A program made the position numbers and the translations under genes. A stretch of 64,000 nucleotides of DNA from Acidobacteriota bacterium (lineage in GTDB: Bacteria; Acidobacteriota; Terriglobia; Acidiferrales; UBA7541), in contig PLUM01000099.1 in the NCBI GenBank assembly GCA_003165465.1, positions 25,022-89,021 on the forward strand, given 5' to 3'. A model generated the notes under the pieces. The model saw only the letters and a list, made by a program, of their open reading frames with translations, made no database searches and was not told where the DNA came from. This document shows positions 7,225 to 16,438 of the stretch, piece after piece (within the stretch, counting starts at the first letter, position 1; each line of letters opens with the position of its first letter).

Positions 7225-9900
7225 TTATGAAAACCGCGGATTTGGTTTGTCGATGTCGATTTCCAGGTCCTTGACGGCCTTTTGCACGACCGCCACGTCG
7301 ATTTTTCCTTCGCGGAACAGTTCGTGGAGCGTGGTGAGCGTAATGAACCGCGCGTCCACCTCAAAAAAATCGCGAAGCGCCTCGCGGCTTTCGCTGCGGC
7401 CAAATCCATCGGTTCCGAGCGAGGCGAGACGCCGGGGCGTCCAGCGGCTGATGAGGTTCGGCAGGGCCTTCAGATAATCGGTCGCCGCGACCAGCACGCC
7501 GTCCGAATCCGCGAGGCACTCGGAAACGTATGGCACGCGCGGCGTTTCGCCCGCGTGCAGCAGGTTCCAGCGTTCCGCATCGATGCCGTCGGTGTACAGC
7601 GCCTTGTAGCTTGTGACGCTCCACACGTCGGCGGAGACGCCGTATTTTTCCGCCAATATTTCCTGCGCTTTCAGGGATTCGCGCAGAATCGCGCCGCTGC
7701 CGAAGAGTTGCGCGCGCAGCTTCGACTTCTTGTCCGACGCGCGGAACTTGTACATGCCCCTGAGGATTCCGTCTTCCACGCCTTCCGGCATCGGAGGCAT
7801 CGCGTAGGGCTCGTTCATGACGGTGATGTAATAGAAAAGATTTTCGCCGTCCTTGTACATGCGGCGAATGCCATCCTGCACGATGACGGCAATCTCGTAG
7901 GCAAACGCGGGATCGTAGGCGCGCAGCGTCGGAATCGGCAGGGCGAGAACGTGGCTATTGCCGTCCTGATGTTGCAGTCCTTCGCCCGCGAGCGTCGTGC
8001 GGCCGGCGGTCCCGCCGAGCATGAATCCGCGGCAGCGCATGTCGGCCGAGGCCCAGATGAAGTCACTGATGCGCTGCAGCCCGAACATTGAATAGTAGAT
8101 GAAGAACGGAATGGTGTTGATCCCGTGCGTGGCATAGGCCGAACCGGCGGCGATAAACGACGCCATGGAGCCCGCTTCGGTGATACCTTCCTCGAGGATT
8201 TGGCCGTCCTTCGCTTCCTTGTAGTACAGCAGCGTGTGGAGATCGACCGGCTCGTAGAGCTGTCCGCGGCTGCTGTAGATGCCCACTTGGCGGAACAGGG
8301 ATTCCATGCCGAAGGTGCGCGCTTCGTCCGGGACAATGGGAACCACGAGCTTGCCGATTTCCGGGTCGCGCAGCATCTGGCGCAGCATTCCGACGAACGC
8401 CATGGTGGTGGACACTTCGCGGCCGTCGCTGCCGCCGTGGAATTCGTGGAACAGCGCGTCGTGGTTCGCGGCGATGGGCTTGGACCGCACCTTGCGCGAG
8501 GGCACGTACCCGCCGAGCGCCTGGCGGCGCGCGCGGATGTACTGAATCTCGCGGCTCTCTTCGGGCGGAAGGTAGAAGGGGGTTTCGGCGAGTTGCGCGT
8601 CGCTGATCGGGATGCCAAAGCGCGAACGGAATTCGCGCAGTTCTTCTTCGTTCAATTTTTTCTGCTGGTGCGTGATGTTGCGTCCCTCGCCGCTTTCGCC
8701 GAGGCCGTAGCCCTTGATGGTGCGCGCGAGAATCACGGTGGGCGAGCCCTGGTGGTCGTATGCCGCTTTGTACGCGGCGTAAACCTTGCGCGGATCGTGG
8801 CCGCCCTGGCGCAAGGTTCGCAGTGCCTCATCGGGCAGGTCCTCGACCATTTTCAGGAGGCTGGGGTCCGATCCGAAGACATGCTCGCGGACGTACGCGC
8901 CGGATTCGACGGTAAGTTTCTGCGATTCGCCGTCGATCATTTCGCCGAGGCGCTTGACGAGCAAGCCGTCGGTGTCGCGTTCGAAGAGCGGATCCCAGTC
9001 GCTTCCCCAGAGAACCTTGATGCAGTTCCAGCCGGCGCCGCGGAAAGCGGCTTCCAGCTCCTGCACGATTTTTCCGTTGCCGCGCACGGGACCGTCGAGG
9101 CGCTGCAGGTTGCAGTTGATGACGAAAATAATGTTGTCGAGATTTTCGCGCGACGCGAGCGTGATGGCTCCAAGCGTTTCCGGCTCGTCCGTTTCGCCGT
9201 CGCCGAGAAAGGCCCAGACCTTGGCGTTGGTGCGCGGCTTGAGGCCGCGATCTTCCAGGTAGCGATTGAAGCGCGCCTGGTAGATGGCCATGAGCGGGCC
9301 AAGCCCCATCGATACGGTGGGGAATTCCCAGAAGTCGGGCATCAACCAGGGATGCGGGTAGGAAGACAACCCGCCGCCCGAGCGCAGTTCACGGCGGAAA
9401 TTTTCCAGTTGCTTCATGGACAGGCGGCCTTCGAGAAATGCGCGGGCGTAGACGCCGGGCGAGGCGTGGCCCTGCAGATAGACCGTGTCGCCCTCGAACT
9501 CGTCCGTGCGTCCACGGAAGAAATGGTTGAAGCCGACTTCCAGGAGCGTCGCGGCGGAAGCGTACGTGGAGATGTGCCCGCCAATGCTGTGATCGACGCG
9601 GTTGGCGCGCACGACCATGGCCAGGGCGTTCCAGCGGACCAGGCTCTTGATGCGGCGCTCGATTTCCTGATCGCCCGGGAAAACGGGTTGTTGACCCTGC
9701 GAAATGGTGTTCACGTACGGCGTGTTCGCGGTGAAGGGAAGTTCGATGCCAAGGGATTGGGCGTGACCGCGCAGCCGGTCGAGCAACGTGACGGCCGATT
9801 GCTGGCCTTCTTCGCGCACGACGGCGTCGAACGATTCAACCCACTCTTGTACTTCCTGAGGGTCCATGCCTAACGCTTTGGTGACGGTGTCTTTATCCAT
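7225..9900 (-). CDS. aceE: pyruvate dehydrogenase E1 component, homodimeric type
   Basis: About 890 aa, collinear with the AceE family (ThDP motif region GDGETDEPE, transketolase-like C-terminal half). The start is chosen at ATG 9900 (GAGG SD). The ORF-track maximum is 9915. Confidence 0.95.
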   Translation of the reverse strand: MDKDTVTKALGMDPQEVQEWVESFDAVVREEGQQSAVTLLDRLRGHAQSLGIELPFTANTPYVNTISQGQQPVFPGDQEIERRIKSLVRWNALAMVVRANRVDHSIGGHISTYASAATLLEVGFNHFFRGRTDEFEGDTVYLQGHASPGVYARAFLEGRLSMKQLENFRRELRSGGGLSSYPHPWLMPDFWEFPTVSMGLGPLMAIYQARFNRYLEDRGLKPRTNAKVWAFLGDGETDEPETLGAITLASRENLDNIIFVINCNLQRLDGPVRGNGKIVQELEAAFRGAGWNCIKVLWGSDWDPLFERDTDGLLVKRLGEMIDGESQKLTVESGAYVREHVFGSDPSLLKMVEDLPDEALRTLRQGGHDPRKVYAAYKAAYDHQGSPTVILARTIKGYGLGESGEGRNITHQQKKLNEEELREFRSRFGIPISDAQLAETPFYLPPEESREIQYIRARRQALGGYVPSRKVRSKPIAANHDALFHEFHGGSDGREVSTTMAFVGMLRQMLRDPEIGKLVVPIVPDEARTFGMESLFRQVGIYSSRGQLYEPVDLHTLLYYKEAKDGQILEEGITEAGSMASFIAAGSAYATHGINTIPFFIYYSMFGLQRISDFIWASADMRCRGFMLGGTAGRTTLAGEGLQHQDGNSHVLALPIPTLRAYDPAFAYEIAVIVQDGIRRMYKDGENLFYYITVMNEPYAMPPMPEGVEDGILRGMYKFRASDKKSKLRAQLFGSGAILRESLKAQEILAEKYGVSADVWSVTSYKALYTDGIDAERWNLLHAGETPRVPYVSECLADSDGVLVAATDYLKALPNLISRWTPRRLASLGTDGFGRSESREALRDFFEVDARFITLTTLHELFREGKIDVAVVQKAVKDLEIDIDKPNPRFS

Positions 9901-10257
9901 GTTTGCTTGCCTCATGATCGCTTAGCGGCCAATCAAACGATTTGCGCCAAGCCTCGCGTATCTCCACAACCCGATCAGCTACTCGGAGTTCGGCTGACAA
10001 GACAACGTGGCTTGTTAGCGGTTGGCGCCGAATCGTTTGCGCCGGAATGATGGAATCCTGGCGCTTGTCCCAGGCACAAGCAAGGGCATGTGTGGCCGCT
10101 GCGGAAGAAGTCCTTGTGCCGACGGACAAGGATATCTTAGCAGGAAGTTAGCAGGTGCGGCAAATTCGGCGATTGCATTGCGCGCGCAATAAGAAAGTGA
10201 GAAATCGGCACGATCCGGAAAGCGGAAAATGCGTTGCATCGTGTTCGGTGTGTATTG

Positions 10258-10336
10258 GTGGCACAGGCTTCAGCCCGTGTGGTTTTGATTTGTTGCAAGC
10301 GAAAGTCAAAAGAACACAGGCTGAAGCCTGTGCCAC
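10258..10336. repeat. REPIN-like doublet, family A (GTGG head variant)
   Basis: GTGGCACAGGCTTCAGCCCGTGTGG ... GAAAGTCAAAAGAACACAGGCTGAAGCCTGTGCCAC. Confidence 0.85.
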
Positions 10337-10373
10337 TAAAACCCACACCACCAACATCAGCGCTGCTTCTGGT

Positions 10374-12050
10374 TCAGTTCCCGCCGGCAGTCAAGGCTGG
10401 TGCGGGATAGTCGGGGAGCTTTTCCTTGGTGTTGTCCGCGCGCTTGACCTCGAGTTCGTCGAACAGCACCGATGGACTCACAATGGTCATGAACGGCAAG
10501 CCGGTCCGGTTGCTGACGAGGGGATCGTCTCCGGCGGCGACCAGATCGCTGCGCAAGGCGCGTATGTCCAGTTCGTTGAACACCGCACCGCGCACGAGTT
10601 CTTCGTGGCCGTCGTCGGTCCACACACGGTAGAGCATGCGCGGCGCGAGGCGAGGCCCGAGCGTGTCCACGAAATATCCGTACTTCAATCCGCGATCGCG
10701 GCATTCATCGACGAGCCGCTTTTTGAGTTCCTCGCGCGTGCTGGTTTTGGAAGCGCGGAAGAATAAATTGCCCGGCGCGGGCGCCGTGTTTCCGCTGCCC
10801 GAGGCGCGGCCATGGCCGTTGGAGGCGGGGAAGTCGCGGATCGGCATTCGCCCGATCAAATAATTCACGAGCGTCCCTTTGTCCACCACCGTGACAGGCG
10901 TGGCGGGCACGCCTTCGTCGTCCACTTTATAGGCGCCTGCCAGGCCATGCCCGGCAAATGTGTCCACGGTCGGATCGTCCACCACGGAAATAAAGTCTGG
11001 CAGGACGCGGGCCTTGTAGCTGCTGGCAAACGCGCCGGTCGTGCGCGCGGGACGCCCCGGCGCCGGTTTTCGGCCAAGAATGTTTGGCGCGATCAGCTCG
11101 GAAAACATGTCGGTGGCGGCGTCATTCGAGAAAAGGACCGGGCCGCGATATTCCTCATCTGCGATCGGCGCCTCGCGCAAGATTTTCATATCCGCGACCA
11201 GCTTGACGGCGTCCTCCTGAAACTTGGCGGGCGCGGGGAGTTCCTCGATGCGGTTTGCGGTATAGATCGGCGCGCGCTCCAGCCTCATGCCGTCGGGCGC
11301 CTGTTCGCTTGCGCTCAAGACGATCTGGTAATGCGCCGATCCATGCCGCGTGATGGTGCCTTCCGTGTTCACGAAATACTCGGACAGCACGGTAAAACTC
11401 AGGCTGGCCGTGAGCGATTGAATTTGAGGGTCGCTCCGGTACACGGAAGTTGCGGACTCCAGCATTTTGGTCCACTTCGCCGGATCCACATCCAGCTTTG
11501 CGGGCGGCTCGATGGACACGACCGGCTCGGCTTTCGCGAAATCGTCCACGGGCTGATCGACGTTGAACTGCTGGAGCATGGCTTTCTTGTTGGAGAACGC
11601 TTCGCTGGCGCGTTTGTAGGCCTGATCGGTCGCGAGCCACACCTGATGGCGGATCGCGAGTTCGTCGTTATCCAGGGGAAGAATGTCGCTGATGCCCAGG
11701 CCGGCGTTGATGAAGCTGTCGAGCTTGTAATCGCCCAAGCGCACCACGGCCCTGAGCAGGCGCAAGCGTGTGCGGTTCTGGTTGCTCAGCGCGCCAAACG
11801 CCGCACTCGAATCGAATTGTTCGAGGTCGAATACGCGGTATTCGATGTAGAACGGCGAATCGACATGGTCCATCTTGAGCTGCGCCTTCGAGCGCGTGAG
11901 TTCCGTGTGAAGCGCGCGCAGAATCGGGTCCGAATCCGCGCCTGCGGGGATTTGCTTTTGCTGCGCGCTCGCGCCAAATGGCATGAACGCGAGAAACGTA
12001 AACACGATTGCGGCTGCGCACCACACGGGAATGCGCCGGGAAACGTTCAT
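10374..12050 (-). CDS. TldD/PmbA family protein (PmbA/TldE-like partner, no HExxxH), signal peptide
   Basis: C-terminal TldD/PmbA fold motifs (GHGRASGSGNTAPAPGN, YKVDDEGV). N-terminal hydrophobic signal ending ASAQQ. Its ATG overlaps the upstream stop (ATGA). Confidence 0.85.
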   Translation of the reverse strand: MNVSRRIPVWCAAAIVFTFLAFMPFGASAQQKQIPAGADSDPILRALHTELTRSKAQLKMDHVDSPFYIEYRVFDLEQFDSSAAFGALSNQNRTRLRLLRAVVRLGDYKLDSFINAGLGISDILPLDNDELAIRHQVWLATDQAYKRASEAFSNKKAMLQQFNVDQPVDDFAKAEPVVSIEPPAKLDVDPAKWTKMLESATSVYRSDPQIQSLTASLSFTVLSEYFVNTEGTITRHGSAHYQIVLSASEQAPDGMRLERAPIYTANRIEELPAPAKFQEDAVKLVADMKILREAPIADEEYRGPVLFSNDAATDMFSELIAPNILGRKPAPGRPARTTGAFASSYKARVLPDFISVVDDPTVDTFAGHGLAGAYKVDDEGVPATPVTVVDKGTLVNYLIGRMPIRDFPASNGHGRASGSGNTAPAPGNLFFRASKTSTREELKKRLVDECRDRGLKYGYFVDTLGPRLAPRMLYRVWTDDGHEELVRGAVFNELDIRALRSDLVAAGDDPLVSNRTGLPFMTIVSPSVLFDELEVKRADNTKEKLPDYPAPALTAGGN

Positions 12051-13801
12051 CGCGCACCTCCCGCCGGCGAGGAAGGCGTTGCAGCGCCCGTTGCCGGGCT
12101 GGACGACGCATCGAATCCCGGAGCCAGTAGAATCGGCGGACGCTCGCGCGAGGCGCTGCGCTTCTGCACTTCCATTTCGCTGAAGAGCATGGCGGGAGCC
12201 GAAGCCGAGACCGGCACGCTGCCGGATTCCGCGCCGCAGATTCCATTGAAAACTTCCGTCTTATCGCCCGTCAGCAAAATGCGATTCAGGGAAGCGAGGG
12301 GCGTGCCCACGATATCGACGCCGCGCACGAGCTGATCGGGTCGGCCGTCGGGATACACGCGCCAGACGATCACGGGAAGCACCTGGAAAGCCTGCGGAAG
12401 CTCGCGCGTTGTCAGCGTGAAACCTCCCTGTACGTCCTCGAAGTACAGGCCGTACGGCTTTCCCTCTTTTTTCACTTCCTCGATGAGTTTCGCGCGCATT
12501 TCGGAATCCTTCACCGTATTCGTCGATTGGACGATCAGGTTGCCCTGCCGCCCCGTGGGCATGAACCCGGCCTGATGGCGTCCGTGGCCATTCGACTTCG
12601 CGAAATTCGTGATGGGCATACGGGACATCAGGAAATTTTTGAGGATTCCGTTCTGAATGAGCGGCACGCGCTGCGATGGGACGCCTTCGTCGTCGTGCGA
12701 ATACGCGCCCGCCAGGGCCACGCCGTTGATGGTCTCGAGCGTGGGATCGTCGTACACGCTCAGAAACGCGGGCAGCACCGGCTGATCCACTTTCTTCGTG
12801 AACGTCTGTCCTTCGGTATCGCCGCGCTGGCGGTGGCCTTCGAGGCGATGCCCCAACACTTCGTGGAAAAATACGGCGGACGCTCGCCCGGAAAGAAGTG
12901 CGGGACCGTCAAAAGGCTCGGCCAGCGGGGCTTCGCGCAGCGCCTTCAGGTCCGACGCCATTTTCTCTTCCTTGGCGATCAGCTCTTTTTCGGTGGGAAG
13001 TCCGTCGGGCCCGGACGATTCAAACGTCTCGACGCGCACAAGGTCCATTCCGTCGTCCGCGCGCGTGTTGGCCTCGACCACCAGCCTGGCAATCAGGCCC
13101 GGAGTTTCCACCTTGCTTCCTTCGCTGGAAACGAAATAGGAGGTCGTCTGCTCGATTTGCAGCGTCACCGTGGAGCTGTAAATGTTGGGATATTTGCGGA
13201 AGAGCGCGGAATATTTCCGAATCTTGTCTTCCCACTCCTTTTGATTGAAGACGATGGGCGCGGGCGAGGCGGTTACGTCCACTTGTCGAGTTTCCTGGGA
13301 AAAATCGGGAGACTTGTCTTCCTCGGCGGCATCCACTGAATTTTTGGTCATCACCTTGGAATAGGCCGGCGTGGCGCGGCGATATTCCCGGTCGGTCAAT
13401 TCCCATAACGTGCGGGCAATGGCGTTGCGGTCATCCGCCAGGGGAAGGGAACCGGAACTGATTCCGGAATCGCGATTTTCGTTATGCGTGTTGTCCATGG
13501 CGGGAGTGCCGACGCGCATGGTCACATCCGCCCAGCGGCGATTTCCCAATATGGAGGTGACGACCGTGCCGTAGGTTCCGGCGATGGTCATGTTGTGCTG
13601 ATCGTAGACTTCGTAGCTGATGAAGTACGGCGCGGGATCGGACTTTTCCAGTGAGGTCTTCGCGCGATCGAGTTCCGACTGCATGGTTGAGAGCAGAATG
13701 CTCTCGTCCTTGCCGGCGGGCGGCGCGCTCCAGGTCAGCGCTCCCGTCGTGGCAAAAATGGCCAAGAATAGAAAAGAAATTAAAAATCGAGTTCGGTTCA
13801 T
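12047..13801 (-). CDS. TldD/PmbA family metallopeptidase (TldD-like, HExxxH present), signal peptide
   Basis: FFHEVLGHRLEGH zinc motif, SHDDEGV, GHGRHQAG. N-terminal signal peptide. Confidence 0.85.
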   Translation of the reverse strand: MNRTRFLISFLFLAIFATTGALTWSAPPAGKDESILLSTMQSELDRAKTSLEKSDPAPYFISYEVYDQHNMTIAGTYGTVVTSILGNRRWADVTMRVGTPAMDNTHNENRDSGISSGSLPLADDRNAIARTLWELTDREYRRATPAYSKVMTKNSVDAAEEDKSPDFSQETRQVDVTASPAPIVFNQKEWEDKIRKYSALFRKYPNIYSSTVTLQIEQTTSYFVSSEGSKVETPGLIARLVVEANTRADDGMDLVRVETFESSGPDGLPTEKELIAKEEKMASDLKALREAPLAEPFDGPALLSGRASAVFFHEVLGHRLEGHRQRGDTEGQTFTKKVDQPVLPAFLSVYDDPTLETINGVALAGAYSHDDEGVPSQRVPLIQNGILKNFLMSRMPITNFAKSNGHGRHQAGFMPTGRQGNLIVQSTNTVKDSEMRAKLIEEVKKEGKPYGLYFEDVQGGFTLTTRELPQAFQVLPVIVWRVYPDGRPDQLVRGVDIVGTPLASLNRILLTGDKTEVFNGICGAESGSVPVSASAPAMLFSEMEVQKRSASRERPPILLAPGFDASSSPATGAATPSSPAGGAR

Positions 13802-13919
13802 GAGAGTATTCGGCGTACAACCTCCTGCTTGCGTCTACTTTTCGACCGCCTCTGTTAGATGCCGTGTGGCCGGCTTGCGATTGCCCGGTTTTCCAAAAAA
13901 TAACTCGTGGCGTCCGGTT

Positions 13920-14073
13920 AACAGGTTGCGGAAAAGATCCCTATTTTTGTCATTCCGAGCGAAGCGAGGAATCTCTCTTCGCTCTACGCCCAAGAAAAGA
14001 AAGAGAGATTCCTCGCTTCGCTCGGAATGACAAAGGTCTGGGAGACTTTTTCCGCGACTTGTTAGGCCCCCAC
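13920..14073. repeat. MITE-like inverted-repeat element, family E (about 150 bp)
   Basis: Inner arms are TGTCATTCCGAGCGAAGCGAGGAATCTCTC / GAGAGATTCCTCGCTTCGCTCGGAATGACA. Outer arms are AACAGGTTGCGGAAAAGATCCC / GGGAGACTTTTTCCGCGACTTGTT. Confidence 0.85.
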
Positions 14074-14347
14074 GCACGATGTCCAATTATTTCTCATGCG
14101 GGTCGCAAGGGCTGAGCGAGCCGTTCCCGATCATTCTCGATCATCATTCTCACGCAATTGATAATGCCCGGAATCGTTCCGGCGGGCAAATTGTTTTCCG
14201 TTTGTTTTTGATTTGTTTTCCATTTCGTTCGATTTGAGGTTTCCGGCGACAATATACCCGCTGGACTTCCGCGAAAGGAATTGATATCATGCAGGTGAAC
14301 TGCTCTTTCCCAGCTCTCCCCCCCCCTTCTAGAAAGTATGTGCAATC

Positions 14348-16438
14348 GTGAGCTCAAGTATTCCGCGCTCAGTAATACTCCTCATTGAAAACGATCCGGC
14401 CACTGCTAAAGCGATTCAAGCCGCCCTTGCCGACTCAAATACCGGTCCGTTCGACTTGGAATGGGTTCGCCAATTTTCCGAGGGCCTTGAGCGCCTAAGC
14501 AAAAAAGGCATTGCCGCTGTTCTGCTCGATTTATCCCTGCCCGATAGTCGGGGTATCGAGACGTTCGACAAGCTGCACACCGCCGCGCCCGACGTCCCGA
14601 TTCTGATCCTCGGCGGAAACGTTCACGAAGACCTCGCGAAACAAGCCGTAGAGCGCGGGGCGCAGGATTATCTCCTGCCGGGTCACCTCGATGGCTATTC
14701 ACTGCCTCGCGCACTGCGCAACGCCATCGAACGCAAGGCCATCGAGGATGCATTGTACGTAGAAAAAGAACGCGCCGTGGTCACCCTCAATTCAATTGGT
14801 GATGCCGTCCTCTCTACCGACATTTTCGGGTGTATCACCTATCTGAATCTGGTTGCAGAGGCTATGACCGGTTGGCACCGCGAAGAAGCCATTGGCAAAC
14901 CCTTCGACGAAGTCTTCCGAATTATTGACGGCTCCACGCGCAAGCCCGCGCGAGACCCCATGGAGATGGCCGTCGAGCAAAATAAGGCGGTGGGACTGAC
15001 TGTGAATTGCATCCTCATTCGCCGCGACGGATTTGAATCCGCCATTGAAGATTCCGCCGCGCCGATCCACGACCGGGCTGGCCGCATCACCGGAGCGGTG
15101 ATTGTTTTCCATGATGTGAGCGCGGCGCGGGCCATGTCGCTCCAAATGACGCACTCCGCGCAGCACGATCTGGTCACAAATCTACCTAATCGCCTGTTGC
15201 TCAAGGACCGAATCACTCAGTCGATCGCCTTGGCCCGCCGCCAGAACAGACCGATTGCCGTGATCTTTCTGGATTTGGATCGTTTCAAATACATCAACGA
15301 TTCGCTGGGACATGCCGCCGGCGACAAGCTTCTTCAGTCCGTTTCAAAACGATTGGTGGCTGGCGTGCGTGGTTCCGATACCGTCAGCCGCCAGGGTGGA
15401 GATGAATTCGTTATCCTGCTTTCGGGGATCGCCAATCCGGGAGACGCGGCCACGAGCGCAAAACATATACTTCTCTCGCTCAGCACACCCCACTCCATCG
15501 GGGGACAAGATCTGCATATCGATGGGAGCATGGGTATCAGCATCTACCCGGAAGACGGAGAAGATGCCGAAACGCTAATCAAGAATGCGGACACGGCGAT
15601 GTATTACGCCAAGGAAACCGGGCGCAACAATTTCCAGTTCTTCAGGGCGGAAATGAATCGGGCGGCCGTCGAGCGGCAAACTCTCGAGGGCAGCATGCGC
15701 CGCGCCATCGAGCGAGAAGAATTCTTGTTGCATTATCAGCCGAAGGTAAATCTCGACACAGGTGAGATTACGGGAGCAGAGGCGTTGATACGCTGGCAGC
15801 AGCTTGATCGAGGGATCGTCCCTCCCTCCCAGTTTGTGCCCATCGCCGAAGATTGCGGCCTTATTCTCCCGATCGGCCGCTGGGTGCTACGCACAGCTTG
15901 CCGGCAAGCGCGCGCGTGGCAGGACACGGGACTGCCGCCATTGCCTATTGCCGTCAACATTTCCGCCGTCGAGTTCCGCGATAAGGGTTTTGTCGAAGGT
16001 GTCCGGACGATCCTTTCGGAAACTGGCTTGGAAGCGCGGTATCTCGAACTCGAACTCACCGAGGGCGTCCTTATGGAGGATGCCAAATCCACGGCCGCCG
16101 TACTTCAAGATCTCAAAATGATGGGGGTGCGCCTTGCGGTGGATGACTTCGGCACGGGCTATTCCAGCCTGAGCTATCTTCGGCAATTTCCCATTGATAC
16201 CCTGAAAATTGACCAGTCTTTTGTCCGCCAGATCACCAGCAATCCTGATGACTCTGCAATTGTGAGCGCCATAATTAACATGGCAAAGAGCCTCAAGCAC
16301 CTCGTGATTGCCGAGGGCATCGAAACGCGGGAACAGAGGGCATACCTTCAGACGCAGCGTTGTGCGGAAGGACAAGGCTACCTCTTCAGCCAGCCCCTGG
16401 CCGCCGCACAATTTGCCCAACTACTTCGAATGGCATAA
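14348..16438 (+). CDS. response regulator receiver-PAS-GGDEF-EAL protein (c-di-GMP turnover)
   Basis: REC domain (LLDLSLPD), PAS, intact GGDEF with RxxD I-site (RGSD-5 aa-GGDEF), and an EAL domain with EAL, DDFGTGYSS and QGYLFSQP. GTG start. Confidence 0.9.
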   Translation: MSSSIPRSVILLIENDPATAKAIQAALADSNTGPFDLEWVRQFSEGLERLSKKGIAAVLLDLSLPDSRGIETFDKLHTAAPDVPILILGGNVHEDLAKQAVERGAQDYLLPGHLDGYSLPRALRNAIERKAIEDALYVEKERAVVTLNSIGDAVLSTDIFGCITYLNLVAEAMTGWHREEAIGKPFDEVFRIIDGSTRKPARDPMEMAVEQNKAVGLTVNCILIRRDGFESAIEDSAAPIHDRAGRITGAVIVFHDVSAARAMSLQMTHSAQHDLVTNLPNRLLLKDRITQSIALARRQNRPIAVIFLDLDRFKYINDSLGHAAGDKLLQSVSKRLVAGVRGSDTVSRQGGDEFVILLSGIANPGDAATSAKHILLSLSTPHSIGGQDLHIDGSMGISIYPEDGEDAETLIKNADTAMYYAKETGRNNFQFFRAEMNRAAVERQTLEGSMRRAIEREEFLLHYQPKVNLDTGEITGAEALIRWQQLDRGIVPPSQFVPIAEDCGLILPIGRWVLRTACRQARAWQDTGLPPLPIAVNISAVEFRDKGFVEGVRTILSETGLEARYLELELTEGVLMEDAKSTAAVLQDLKMMGVRLAVDDFGTGYSSLSYLRQFPIDTLKIDQSFVRQITSNPDDSAIVSAIINMAKSLKHLVIAEGIETREQRAYLQTQRCAEGQGYLFSQPLAAAQFAQLLRMA

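Noticed and set aside
8125-9873. 582-aa ORF on the plus strand, with other long ORFs (7282-8091, 7815-8618), overlapping aceE
   Set aside because: It is antisense or out of frame to a gene with unmistakable AceE homology. The product is Arg/Ala/Gly-rich low complexity, typical of shadow ORFs in high-GC DNA.
10258-10276. TGGCAC in the GTGGCACAGGCTTCAGCC heads (also at 51382) considered as sigma-54 -24/-12 promoters
   Set aside because: The -12 region reads TCAGC rather than TTGC at the required spacing, and the sequence is simply the REP head variant.
13835-14115. 83-aa ORFs on both strands inside the family E element (…HSERSEESL…, …SFRAKRGISL…), and similar ORFs across elements at 58861-59271 and 62589-62971
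   Set aside because: They are translations of inverted repeats. The mirror-image ORFs on both strands are a signature of palindromic DNA, not genes.
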